Shown one piece after another: positions 27,238-40,443 of a stretch of DNA of 64,000 nt. The notes under the pieces were generated by a model. It was not told the DNA's origin. It saw only the letters and a list, made by a program, of their open reading frames with translations, and made no database searches. Position numbers and translations under genes: made by a program. The stretch is from Octopus vulgaris (taxonomy: Eukaryota), in assembly GCA_951406725.2 (NCBI GenBank), contig OX597818.1:103354001-103418000 (forward strand), read 5' to 3'. Position 1 is the first letter of the stretch, and each line of letters starts with the position of its first letter.

Positions 27238-27429
27238 ACAATAAAATGCGACAAGCCAAGTGAGTGTAGAATTTCTAGGATATTTATAAAGAGAAAGGTT
27301 GTCTTACAGCTGTTTCAGGGATATCAGAGACGATATGAGAGTGTTAAATAGAGGGAAATATATCAATATATATATTAAACACCCGATTTTGCACTGATGT
27401 ATATTTTACTTTATCTCAACAAAAAGAAA

Positions 27430-28310
27430 TGCAGTTAACCAAAGGGGACACCCAAATTACCAACAGGACTTTGCTATTTTATCGGTAGCTTATTTATGCT
27501 GACAGTGAAGAATTCTGGAGAGCAACAGGGGTTGAAATCACGGAAGGCTGGTTTTGAATCTTCTTCAGATTCTACATTTTTTCCCTTGCAAAATGTTATT
27601 TGTCTAGAAAACGTGACAGTCAGTTGGTGCAAGATCTGGTGAATATGGTGGATGACAGAGTACTTCTAAGTTCAGTACCTGTAACTTGAGCAACGTACTT
27701 TGTGCAACATGTGGTCGATTTTTGTCTTGCAAGAGAAGTTGCCTGTCTCTATAGATCGGTTGTTTAATTGCAAGTTCGCTCATCATTTCATGTAATCGTC
27801 TGACGTATACATGCGCCATAATTGACTTACCAGGACTCATGAATATGTAGTGGATGACACCAGCATGGACCACCAAACATACACCGTTAGCTGTTTTGGT
27901 GAATATTCGTTATTGAATTGTGTTTTGGGACCTCGTCTCTATCCATCCACCGTGCAGAACGCATGTTATTGTTGAAAATGATCCATTTTTCATTACCCGA
28001 GGCAACAACGGTTCGCTTTTATTCCGTGACAGCAAAGAACAGCAAGACGGCGTGTACTTTGAAACACCAAACCTTACTAACTCACACGTAGATTGAAATG
28101 TATCCGCTTCCACTATAGTTGCCAGCTCATCATTAGCCAACTAGGTCTCAGGTTTACCACGGGGCTGATTCACTAACGTAAGGTCATCAGACCGGAACTT
28201 CTCATACTATCGACGTACAGCGCGCGTATTCGCCACATCTTCACCAAACACCTCATTGATGTTTTGAGCTTTCTGATATGCATTGGTTCTCCGAGGGAAC
28301 TCGTATTTAT
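27430..28310 (-). pseudogene. Mariner (DD34D) transposase pseudogene
   Basis: LLLQDKNRPHVA...LCHPPYSPDLAPTDCHVF (YSPDLAP motif) with an upstream HTH-like segment (DELATIVEAD) and multiple frameshifts. Confidence 0.85.
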
Positions 28311-28823
28311 GGGTTCACAAAATTGATATACAAGGGAAAACTCATACTATAATGAGACACCATGAATTGCATTTATATATATATAAATTGTTAGGGAGAG
28401 GGAGAGAGAGAAAGAAATAGAGAGAGAGAGAATTATACATATATTTCTATATACACATATATATATATATATTTCGGTCACCAGTCATTTTCACAATTAC
28501 AGCCAATGAATCTAGTCAACGCACAAGACAGCCATTATGGTCCACCACCACAAAACACCACCACGTGGTCTCTGTTGCGACTAATAAGAAACAATTATGA
28601 ACTTTTTTATTACACTTAACTCTTAAAAATATTCTTGATAAGTTTCGTTTTTTCAAGAAGAACCGAAGCATGTAAAATCTCTAAGAAATGAAAATTCATA
28701 TTATATAGTGCTTTTTTCAAACTTCTTTTTTATAAATATATATATGTATGTGTGTATATATATATATATGTATATATATATACATAGTATTTATATATAT
28801 TGTATATATATATATATTGTATT

Positions 28824-28885
<62 letters not shown>

Positions 28886-30048
28886 TAAATAGAAGGGTAG
28901 CTAAATAAATATATATATATATATATATATATTAAAAATTGAAAAAATTAGAAAAAATTCTCCGCCACAAGCCGTCCAGCGAGAAAGAAAAGATAGTCAA
29001 AGACTATATAATATACATTCAAAAATATAAGGAATGGCCATAATAGGACATTCGACTCACTAGAAAGAGCAGCCAAACTCAAACCGCAAATAGTTATAAT
29101 TCTGAAATTGAAAGAGAAATAAAAACGTTTACCCCTTTCATCTATGGACTATGCATAGTTTCGGCAAACTTTGGTTCAGAATTATAACTATTAACGGTTT
29201 GAGTTTGGCTGCTCTTTCTAGTATATATATATATTGATGGAATATTTATCACTCTCTATCTTGAGCACCATTAGTACCACCATCACCAGTAATACTACTT
29301 TATTAGTCGCCACTACAGTCTTACCAAATATGGAATTCCTGCTTGGGAAATCACTAATGCATTCTCACGAAATGCATTATCGCAGAAGCCAATAATACTT
29401 CTTTCCTTAAAATCTTTGATAATGTTGAAACAGAATTTATTCGTGAAAAATTTAGCAGCTTATAAAAGAAAAGAATATCATGAAATATTAATATTCAGAA
29501 AAGAATTAATGCACGTTTTCGGAGTCAACGAGGTGAAAGTTACTAATTTATCGTCCTGAAATTTAAGATCTTCGGTAATGTTTCTGAACTTTTGAAATAA
29601 TAACGAGGTTAAATAAACCAAGTTTTGTGTCTTAAACTGCAAATATTATTTCTATTAAGAAGTTAAACAGATATATCAACAGCAGAAGCCGAATATCCGG
29701 AGAGTATAATTAGGTGAATCGTACAACTTCTAATTTATTGATTTTGTTTAGCCATTGGATAATGATGGTATGCAAATTAGATGATCAAATTAATCAAGAC
29801 TCTCTTTAGTATCGACTGAAGAGGCATGTACTGTAGCGCAGAACATCCTATAAGCGGTTTTGTTCCCAAGCTAATTAACTGGATGACAAGAGAGGTATCA
29901 TTAACCATTGGCTTCCAGACATCTTAACAAACAAAAAAAATTGAAGAACCTCATTGTCGCAAATTCAATTTCATAACATTGTCCAATTCACAAGGAAGGA
30001 GATATATTTACACATGAGAGCATATTTCACTACTGAGACATATTATAC

Positions 30049-30195
<147 letters not shown>

Positions 30196-30252
30196 GTATA
30201 TGCATATATATACATATATATATGTATATGCATATATATATATATTATATAC

Positions 30253-30284
<32 letters not shown>

Positions 30285-30959
30285 GCATATATATATATAC
30301 ATATATATGCATGTGAGTGTGGTGTGCATGAGTGTGTATAAGAGTTAATGCGTGTACGTGTCTGTGTGCTTATATATCTTGTATATGAGCATATATATAT
30401 TTGAGTGTGTGTGTATACACATCAAATATGAAATCTTGTTTTACAGTTGCATGATTCTTACTTCGTTAGTATAAAATCTGATCGGATGCGTGTACCGTAG
30501 ATGTATTTTAAGTCCTTGTGTCGATTAGGAATCATGCCACCTAGATTAATTGAATTACTATTTAAGCCGAAGCGACGAAAGAGAAGGTTAACCTCGTAGA
30601 AAGACATGATGTATTCAATACTTTACTGTTTTCTGATTTTATTCTGTGTTGAAATATCCTTGGGAGAAACATATTTTTTCTTCATTAAGAATCAATCAAT
30701 AAATTATTGATTTGTAATGATGAACTCAGTGTAACTTTTGTGTGTGTCAGGATTTCATACCATCTTATGAAAATAGTGCTTAATATTTTCATTTAATGCA
30801 TAGTAAAGCGTAAAATATACAAGGAATAACATCCTTTGTTGCTATGTTAATTATTGTATGGGGTGGAGAAAAGGGGACACAATACGGCTGGAGTTTATTT
30901 TAAATGTTATCAGAAGGGAAAGATAAATACTGAGAGTGATATTATTTAAACAACGAGGA

Positions 30960-31545
30960 GGGTTTAAGTCGATTACATCTACCCCAGTACTCAACTGGTA
31001 CTTATTTTATCGACCTCGAGGGGATGAAAGCCTAACTCATCCTCAGTGGAATTTGAAATCAGGACATGAAGACGGACGAAATGCCGCTAAGCATTTCCCC
31101 CGGCGGGCTAACGATTCTGCCAGCTCGAATTCTTTTATGTAAATAATATTTTTTACTATAGTCACAAGGCCTGAAAATTTGGGGAGCAGAATTGTCAATT
31201 ACATAGACCCCAGTACTGAACTGGTACGTAATTTATCGACTCCGAAAGGATGAAAGGCAAAGTCAACCCCAGCAGAATTTGAGCTCAGAGCCTAGCGGCA
31301 GATGAAATGCCTATTTCTTTACTACCCACAACGGGCTAAACACAGAGAGGACAGACAAGGACAGACAAACGGATTAAGTCGATTATATCGACCTCAGTGC
31401 GTAACTGGTACTTATTTAATTGACCCCGAAAGGTGGAAAGGCGAAGTCGACCTCGGCGGAATTTGAACTCAGAACGTAACAGCAGACGAAATACGGCTAG
31501 GCATTTCGCCCGGTATGCTAACGTTTCTGCCAGCTCGTCGCCCTA
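30960..31545 (-). mobile_element. SINE family 1 cluster (dimer + monomer)
   Basis: Reverse-complement head/core units. Confidence 0.85.
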
Positions 31546-31589
31546 AGCATTTCATTCGGCATGCCGCTCTTGGATAGATAAAAGGTTAC

Positions 31590-31835
31590 GTATCTTCCCT
31601 AGTCATACCGACTCATAAGGGATAGTTTCCTGGTTACTTAGCGTATATATACCCCACCTGGATGTGATGCCGGTCTGTCACAGGATTACTCATTTTTTGA
31701 CAACTGATTGTACTGTAGCAACATGAAATGAAGTGTTTTGCTCAAGAACACGATACATCACCCGTTCCAAGAACAAAAACCACAATCTTGCGATCATGAG
31801 TCAAACTCCCTAACCCCTTAACTACACACCTCCAC
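31590..31835 (-). mobile_element. tRNA-derived SINE, family 4 (CORE-like and V-like domains)
   Basis: Reverse complement has a tRNA-like head, GTGTTCTTGAGCAAAACACTT (CORE-like) and CCTGTGACAGACCGGCATCACATCCAGG (V-domain-like). Domain assignments are from memory. Confidence 0.55.
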
Positions 31836-31889
31836 TTGTATATAAATAATGCCAGGTATTTTGGCTGGCAATATCACAACCAGTGTCGA

Positions 31890-32460
31890 AGGCGTCGAGC
31901 TGGAAGAAACGCTAGCACGCCGGGCGAAATGCGTAGCCCTTTTTCGTCTGCCGGTATGTTGAGTTCAAATTCCGCCTTTTTATCCTTTCGGGTTAGATTA
32001 AATAAGTACCAGTTACGCACTGGCTGTCGATGTAATCGACTTAATCTCCTTGTCTGTCCTTGCTTGTCCCCTCTATGTTATGAGCGTTAACACACCAGGC
32101 AAAATGCTTAGCGACATTTCACTCGTTTTCACGTACTGAGGTTAAATTCCGCGGAGGTCGACTTTGTCTTTCATATCATCAGAGTCGATAAAATAAGTAA
32201 CTGTTGATTACTGGGTTCGACGTAATAGACTACACAATTCTTGAAATTGTTGGCTTTGTTTCAAAATAATTTGTAACAAATAAATAAGGCCGTGAGCTGA
32301 CAGAATTGTTAATACGCCGCAATAAATGCTTATTGACATTTCATCCGTCTTTACGTTCTGAGTTCAAATTACGCCGGCGTCGTCTTTGCCTTTCATCCAT
32401 AGAGGGTCCATAATAGAAATTTTAAGCGACTTATTCCCTTCTGTATAAATTTGCTGTTCA
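31890..32460 (+). mobile_element. SINE family 1 cluster (three diverged units)
   Basis: Heads at ~31890, ~32085 and ~32287. Confidence 0.8.
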
Positions 32461-33541
32461 TGTGCTAAAATTTTAAGCCAATATTGCAACCAAAGTTCTC
32501 TGAATATGCTGTAGGTCTCCCTGGAAATTTACTGTGCAAATTTTGTCTTTCATTTGCAAAGTATATGAACATCCATGTGAATGACCATCACTCATAATTT
32601 TTCCTTTAAAAATGTTGAATTCCGTTTTGAAAATCTTGTGCGTGCACACATTGTTTAACATTCGTATTTGTGAAACAGCTAAGAAGAAAAAAAACTGCTT
32701 AAAACTCTGACACCCATCACGTTGTATATAATGCAGTAGAAAATTATAATGTATTTGAAAACGATTGAGAAGAATTAATCTGAATTATATGATATGGTGA
32801 TTAATTGAAATATCTATTTAAATAAATAACAAAGACCACCACACATAAACAAAAGAAATCATATAAACACACAATTATGATCGAAAAGCTAAGTTGTCAT
32901 ACAAATTAAAATATAAAATATATATGGTAGCATTTATATTCTTCTAAAATACATTCCTTAAAATTTTGAATATAAATTCTTGTCTCTGATTTAAAATATC
33001 CCAATGAGCAGGAAAGGATGACTATGAAATTGATATAGTACTTGCTAAGCTAGTTAGAATTTGATTTAATGATAGCCGTTCCTTAAATGAATTCAGAGTT
33101 TCAGTTTTCAATATTGTATATATTGCCCACCGCCATCGATTTTTTTCGCTATAGTTGAATTTTGAATATTGTCGTCAATATCAAAAACAATGCGGTTATT
33201 CCTGGTCGAGGTAGATAGCAAATCACCCTTGTATGTCATATTTGTATTCCAGAAATTCAGTTGACTGTGTAGGTACAGTGTTATGCATCAGGACACGAAA
33301 TCGAAGCTTTATATGAGAGCACCTAGTTCATATAAGACAAAAGAGATTCCAATTAAAATGTCCACCCAATGATTTTATACAATTAATTGTATATATTTCG
33401 GGATCGAAAAATTAAGTACTTTTGAAGTACTGGGGTCGATGCGATCGATTGTTCCCCTTCCCAATAAAATCTAGGCCTTGTGCCTATAGCAGAAATGCTT
33501 GTTATTATTATTATTATTATTATTATCATTATTATTATTAT

Positions 33542-33591
<50 letters not shown>

Positions 33592-33594
33592 TAA

Positions 33595-34325
<731 letters not shown>

Positions 34326-35949
34326 GTGTCCTCCTCCTTCTCCTCATCCTCATTATCATTACTATTATTATGAGTAGTAGTAGTATTATTAATATTATTA
34401 TTATCATTATTGTTGTTGTTGTCGTCTCTTATATAACTTTAACTGCGTCGGTTTCCGTAGATCTAGGAATTGTTGTTGAAATAACATGCTTATAGCTGCA
34501 ATATTTTATTGAATTTTATTTAGCATCTGTTGCTACACTAAGTGAAGTAGGATACTGCCACAATGCTCTCTGAAGTATTCAGTTGTTGTTAGATTTATTT
34601 TCTTTTGTTTGTTTGTTTGTTTTTTTGTTTTTTGCCGAGGGTGGATGGTAGTTGGATTTATGGAGTTACAAATGCCAACGACATGTTTCAATGAATGGGT
34701 AATACATAACACGAGAGCGCAAAAAAAAAAAAGACTCAAGTAAAACAACGATGACAATAACAAAACCAGAACAGAACACTTACAAATTCATCTGAAACAC
34801 TAGAAACGATGCTAGCGAAGACAAGATTCTACTAACGGAAGGAGAAAAGAAGTTTTGAATAAATTACAGTACAAATTCAACTGACGTAGCAACAAATGAA
34901 AGTAGTAGCAACAATATCAACAGCAACAGCAACAGCAGCCGTTCAAGAATTTGGACCTGGATATCTCCATTTCCAGCGACATCGAGGGCCACCCACCCAA
35001 TGGTGTCGGGCGTCAACGAAAAGCCCTCGACTACAAGAAGACGACCAAATTTTTTTTCCAAGGTCTGGGGTCTCCCGTCCCTAAGCCCTAGACTGTCACC
35101 TAATCACCATTACCCGTCTTGTTGTTTAACAACAACATCGACAACAACAGCAGCAGTGGAGGTGCAATAGCCCAAGTGGTTTGGGCAGCGGACTCGCCGT
35201 CGCAAGAACACCACGGTTTCTTCCCAGACCGAGCATTGCGAGTGTTTATTGAGCAAAATCACCTAAGCTCCAACAGTCTCCGGCGGGGGCTGGGGGAGTG
35301 GTGAACCCCGCTGTACGCTTTTACCACAACTTTTTCACACTATTTCTTCCTACTTCTGCCACAAAGCTGAGGAACCATGATGTAAAACACTATGGTGTGG
35401 TAAACTTCAAACCCTAGTCTAGATTGCGAATCCTCTGTACCCCAGGATGATTCAGCTCTCCACCCGTTACAAACCACCGTTTACGGAATGAGGATAACAA
35501 CGCAGCTTTCGCGCCCGTGCAACCGCCAGTCTATTGCATATGGTGTGTGGATCTTCAAGTTGCCCCACGCATTCTTAGTAGCTTAGAGTAGGCTCGAATT
35601 AGTGATTATTTTGTGTTGTTAATTGCGTGAATCCTGATTAGAGGAAGAGAGGAAGAAGAAGAAGGTGGAACCTTGCGATTTCTCGCTGGCTATATCCAAG
35701 ATGGGATAGATCAGCTAGATTTCCTTCGGCGTTTGGAACTCTTCCTGGGAGGTTCGCACTTAAGTGATATGGACGCCATCATTGAAGAAGGTGAAGAAGA
35801 AAAAGAAGAAAAAGAAGAAAAAAAGAAGAAGAAAAGAAGAAGAAGACGAAGAAGAAGAAAAAGAAGAAGACGAAGAAGGAAAAGAAGTAGAAGAGTTAAA
35901 GTGTTCATACCTATTATCTTGTTTTTAGCATTGAGCTTTATTATTATTA

Positions 35950-36505
35950 TTGAGTGAGCAAGCAGAGTATGCCATCAAAGTGACACTGGGGTAAAATATA
36001 CGAAGCCCAGTATACCCATCATGACTACCCGTCTGATAAGGGTACACCAGGCACATGCATCACAACCATATGTGCGCGACATGGTGATCTCATATCAAGA
36101 TAAACAGCACATGACCTTGCAGGTGGAGCCCAGTTAGAATTTTCTTCAGATCGAGTAACCCATCCCGCTCAAAAGGTCCCTGAATAAGGGTTGTTTAAGG
36201 ACGTTGAACGAAACACCCATGTTTCCAGAGGTGAATTATTCAAACCCCAAAGAATCCCTCTCAACACATGGCTATGATGCTCCCCCACTACTTCTGCTCG
36301 TGATCAGAGATGCACTTATCGTCAGCCACTAAGGGACATGCTCAACTGGTTAAGGTCAAATAACTGACAAGCAAATCTGTGGTATTGAGCAGAATATTTG
36401 CTGTAGCCCATCTTTTATACCAAGACAAAACAATGTACATGATAACACTTCCAATCAGTTAAGATCAGAAGCCATGAGAGCCACTGCCTGGTACTGCATC
36501 AGGGC

Positions 36506-36510
<5 letters not shown>
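35950..36510. repeat. ~560-bp interspersed element in (ATT)n; one end recurs as an inverted tandem dimer at 60173-60640
   Basis: The reverse complement of 36275-36510 aligns to 60173-60404 and 60405-60640. Confidence 0.8.
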
Positions 36511-36578
<68 letters not shown>

Positions 36579-36683
36579 TAGTTTTATTTTTATAGCGTGC
36601 TTTTACTTCACTACCGAGCGCAGCTCTGTGTGTCTTGGGTATGTGTTGTGATTTGTTGTGGTGCTCTGATGGTTACTGTATTG

Positions 36684-36765
<82 letters not shown>

Positions 36766-37123
36766 CTCATAATATAATGAAAGTATTATTTGTTGCATAA
36801 CTGATATTCATTATTTGATTAACTTTAGAAGCTTATAAGAAAACTTTATAAAATCGCATTTATTTGCGTTAGAAACTATTCACAGAACATATCTGATTTA
36901 AGAATTAAACGATAGACAGTTTTGACAAATTCTATTTGTGTATTATGTCTACATCGAAATTTCGTAGTATGATGAAGGTCATACAGTCGTAGAATTGTTA
37001 TACAGTACATAACTGAACACAGTTATGTGCACAAATAACGTTATAATTTCTGTCATTACCAAATATAATAAAGTAAAGAAACAGAGTCCCCGTGATGGAT
37101 TTGTGTTGAAACTCTATATTTTA

Positions 37124-38080
37124 TACATGGTTTGAAACCCTATATCCGAAATCCCAATATCCGAATAACTCCAAAATTCGAATGTTTATATTAATAGCTG
37201 ACATGACACGCCACACATGGAAAATTCCACAAACTGCTGGGATTTTTCCACCAAGTAGACCCTTTCCTGTGTCGTTGTGCCTCTTGAGCTTGTTTTGTTT
37301 TGTTTTTTTCTTCGGTAATCCTCAAAACCTAAATTTTACGAGGAATCTGAATTTCACCTCCTTGTAATGGTCTAACATGACTATTGTCATTACTTGAACT
37401 TTACTTCAAAAGTAAAATTCTCATTTTTTGTAGTTTTCATTCTAACTACCTAAAACCTAGTTCAATGATTTGTTTTTATGCCTTGCATAAAAAGTAACAC
37501 ATATTAAGTAAAAAGTAAAATATAAATAATGTATGTGTACGGTAACTTTTAATCAAAACAATACATCGCAGTTGGAAACTGATATTCTAGCTTAGCGTAT
37601 AAAAGGGTTTTGATCTCTCTACTAACTTATGCCAGTGCTTGCGCACAGCAAATCCTATTTTCTTTCCGTCGAGGGCTTATATGCCCCAAAATTAGACTTT
37701 TTACTTTAGTCAATGCACGGTTATCGCTAATAATTCTGTGTCGTATGAATATGTCCCTCGTTTAAGAAACAGATTGGGCTTATTTACATTTGTGAAGAAA
37801 AAAAGATACCTTCCCCCCACCCCTAACACAACCCTAAACCTAACCCTAACCAACCCTAAAACAGATTGAAATGCAATAGATCGATACTAGGGTCATAATT
37901 ATGGGTGACAATTTCATATGACACCGCTAGAAAAAACTGCCGTTGAAACCAAAAAGATCTGAATTACGTTTGTGTCCCATTTCAAGGTTGTTTTATAGAT
38001 GCGGTTATAAATATAGACATAAATCCGAAACCTGAAACATATAGGTTCTATGAATTGCGGATAAGGGATACTAAACTGTA
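37124..38080. mobile_element. Pogo/Tigger-like MITE
   Basis: Left TACATGGTTTGAAACCCTATATCCG and right reverse complement TACAGTTTAGTATCCCTTATCCG resemble the Tigger TIR CAGGTTGAGTATCCCTTATCCG. Confidence 0.55.
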
Positions 38081-38567
38081 CTGCAGATTTGAAGTTTGCT
38101 CAAATATAAAATTACACTGCATTTTGTAGATAAATAAAATTCTCGTTGTTTGAATTCTGAATCTTCATCAAAAATATTGTTCTTTAGCAGCGAATTTCAC
38201 GTGGTTTCACGGTACATTTAACCGTTCATGCGTTTTTAATTGTAGTGTATTAAAACTGAACGTTCTGAGTGTAAAATCCGCCGAAGTTGACTTTAAATTT
38301 CATTCTCCGGGAAAGATAATATATATAGATATAAGATCAACAACGAGGTCGATATAATGGATTTGACTCCTCACACGCAATTTCAAGCCTTGTGTCTGCA
38401 GTAGAAAGGACGATAAAGCAAAGTAATACACATTACATACATGCGATCTGCTGTAATATTTTATACACGACTTTTGCAAATTAAAATGTTTTAATTTTTT
38501 TCTTCTAGCCTCAATATATGCATTAAAATAGGCGGACGAGTGGCTGTGTCGTAAGTATCTTGCTTAC

Positions 38568-40263
38568 TTCACTATAGAAGGGTTCGCGTTTTTTCACGCT
38601 CATTAGAAGTCACGTCATTCGACGTGAAATATTGAAAAATTGAAGCACGTAAGGCGTTTTATTTTTGAGCTTATTGGAGTCTTGGTTCCAGACATGTGCC
38701 TGCCTGTGGTCCTGCAAAAAGACTCACTTTGCACTGAGAATTGTGTTTTTGGGAGGCGTATTCCCTCCAGAAAAAAAACTTTTTTGAAAATTGCTTTTTG
38801 TTTTACTGTGTTCGTGCCCAGGAATTACCACTGGATTTACCATTCAGGCAAGGAATGCGAAGACGGCAAGAATTTAATTTTTGTTCAGCGACGGAGAACT
38901 GCCAATTGTGAATGACCTAAGTAGCAGAATTTTGTTGCCAGCTAAACTGTCTTCCTTCATTCATTTTTCTCTCGCCTGTCTTTTCGTTCTTTCTTTGAAG
39001 TATTTTATTATTGACTTTTATTTGAACATTTTTGGACATTTTGGTTTTTGCAACATTTTATTTTTATTTGATTTTTAAAAAATGGCAACAAACAATACCG
39101 CTTCGGAGTGGCGAATTGTGGCCCCCAAAGAATGGCTTTAAAATTGTACTGAGAGAACGGAGGTGTTAAGGACCTACTCTAGACTCCTTGAAGCCATCAA
39201 TCTGTTCTCCCAGCCTGAGACTGAAGAAGAGTTGGCAGAGTACCTGCCAACTTTTAGATTTATCCGTAGGAGAGCAAAGTATGCAACTGTGTGTGTGGTT
39301 TTTGACACTCATACGAAGGCAAAAAAGTTTGCGTGCCAACCGGTGGAAGGGGAGAATATTTTGTTTCTCCCTATATACGGTTAGCGAATAATAACGAGAG
39401 CTTGGGTGTGTGAACAGTGGAGTCTATCCGCCGGGGTTTTGGTGGCAGTAATACCAGGCTGTTGAACGTAAAGATTATATCTACGGTTGACTGGGTGGGC
39501 TCAAAATCTGTTTTGACCATATGGATCCAGTCAGCCGAAGATCTGGTATTACCGGATTTCCTGACGTTGACCGTTTCCAGGCACCCGGTGGTCCTTTAGG
39601 GACGACTTCCTCCAAGTGTCACCTCTGCCTGGAAGCAGGCCACATAAAGAGGAACTGCTCAAGGAACAAAGCTAGGGTACTGGAGCAATTAATAGACGAT
39701 GGAGAGTATCCCCCTGTTCCTCCAACGGAGCCTCCTGATTCTCTAACGGAAGAGAAAGTCTTTGAAGATGTAACTCCTTCGAACGGAAAAAAAGAAAGAA
39801 GGTGTGCAACGTTGGTTGCCCACTAATATATTCTGAGGCGGTGGGAGGGAGGGAGACACTCCCCGATAAGTTGGAGGAATTCCACCCTCCCGTCGAGAAA
39901 ACAAAAAAGAAGAAATACGAGAACAACGTATCTGGGATCTGGAGCAGTACCGATGGACAACTCATAGCCCGGTCGGGGACGAAGAAGAATAGGCTAGCCC
40001 GAAATATGTAAATATATTTTTATATTTGTATAATGTAAATATTGTTGTCATTTTTGACAAATTGTAAGAGGTTCATTGCCTCGTGTAACGTGTTGTTAAA
40101 GATCAATGTTATAGAGAAGCAGAGGGTCAGCGGGCGCTTTCTGTCTTTCCCTAGCCTTATCATTCTCGTATCATTATTATTCATTTCATTAATGTCTTGT
40201 CCACCCGCAAAGCTACTTAATCTGTGTACTGTCTTCATGACAACTTTGATGAAATAAAATAAT
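38568..40263 (+). mobile_element. ORF1-only (gag-like CCHC zinc knuckle) non-autonomous non-LTR retroelement with TSD, nested in a SINE
   Basis: Flanked by gtatcttgcttac (38555-38567) and gtagcttgtttac (40264-40276). It ends AATAAAATAAT and contains a broken ORF of ~39082-40011 with CHLCLEAGHIKRNC. Confidence 0.75.
39082..40011 (+). pseudogene. Frameshifted L1/Tx1-like ORF1 (RRM-like region + CX2CX4HX4C zinc knuckle + basic tail)
   Basis: Collinear ORF fragments 39163-39384, 39417-39599, 39521-39826 and 39802-40011, with the zinc knuckle at 39617-39658. Confidence 0.65.
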
Positions 40264-40404
40264 GTAGCTTGTTTACCAACCACATGGTACCGAGTTCAGT
40301 CCCATTGCGTGGCACCTTGGGCGAGTGTCTTCTACTGTAGCCTCGGCCGACCAAAGCTTTGTGAGTGGATTTGGTAGACGGAAACTGAAAAAACCCGTCG
40401 GATG

Positions 40405-40443
<39 letters not shown>

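Noticed and set aside
35673-35957. Protamine-like Arg/Lys-rich ORF
   Set aside because: The basic tract is a (GAA)n microsatellite, probably the tail of a retroelement fragment.
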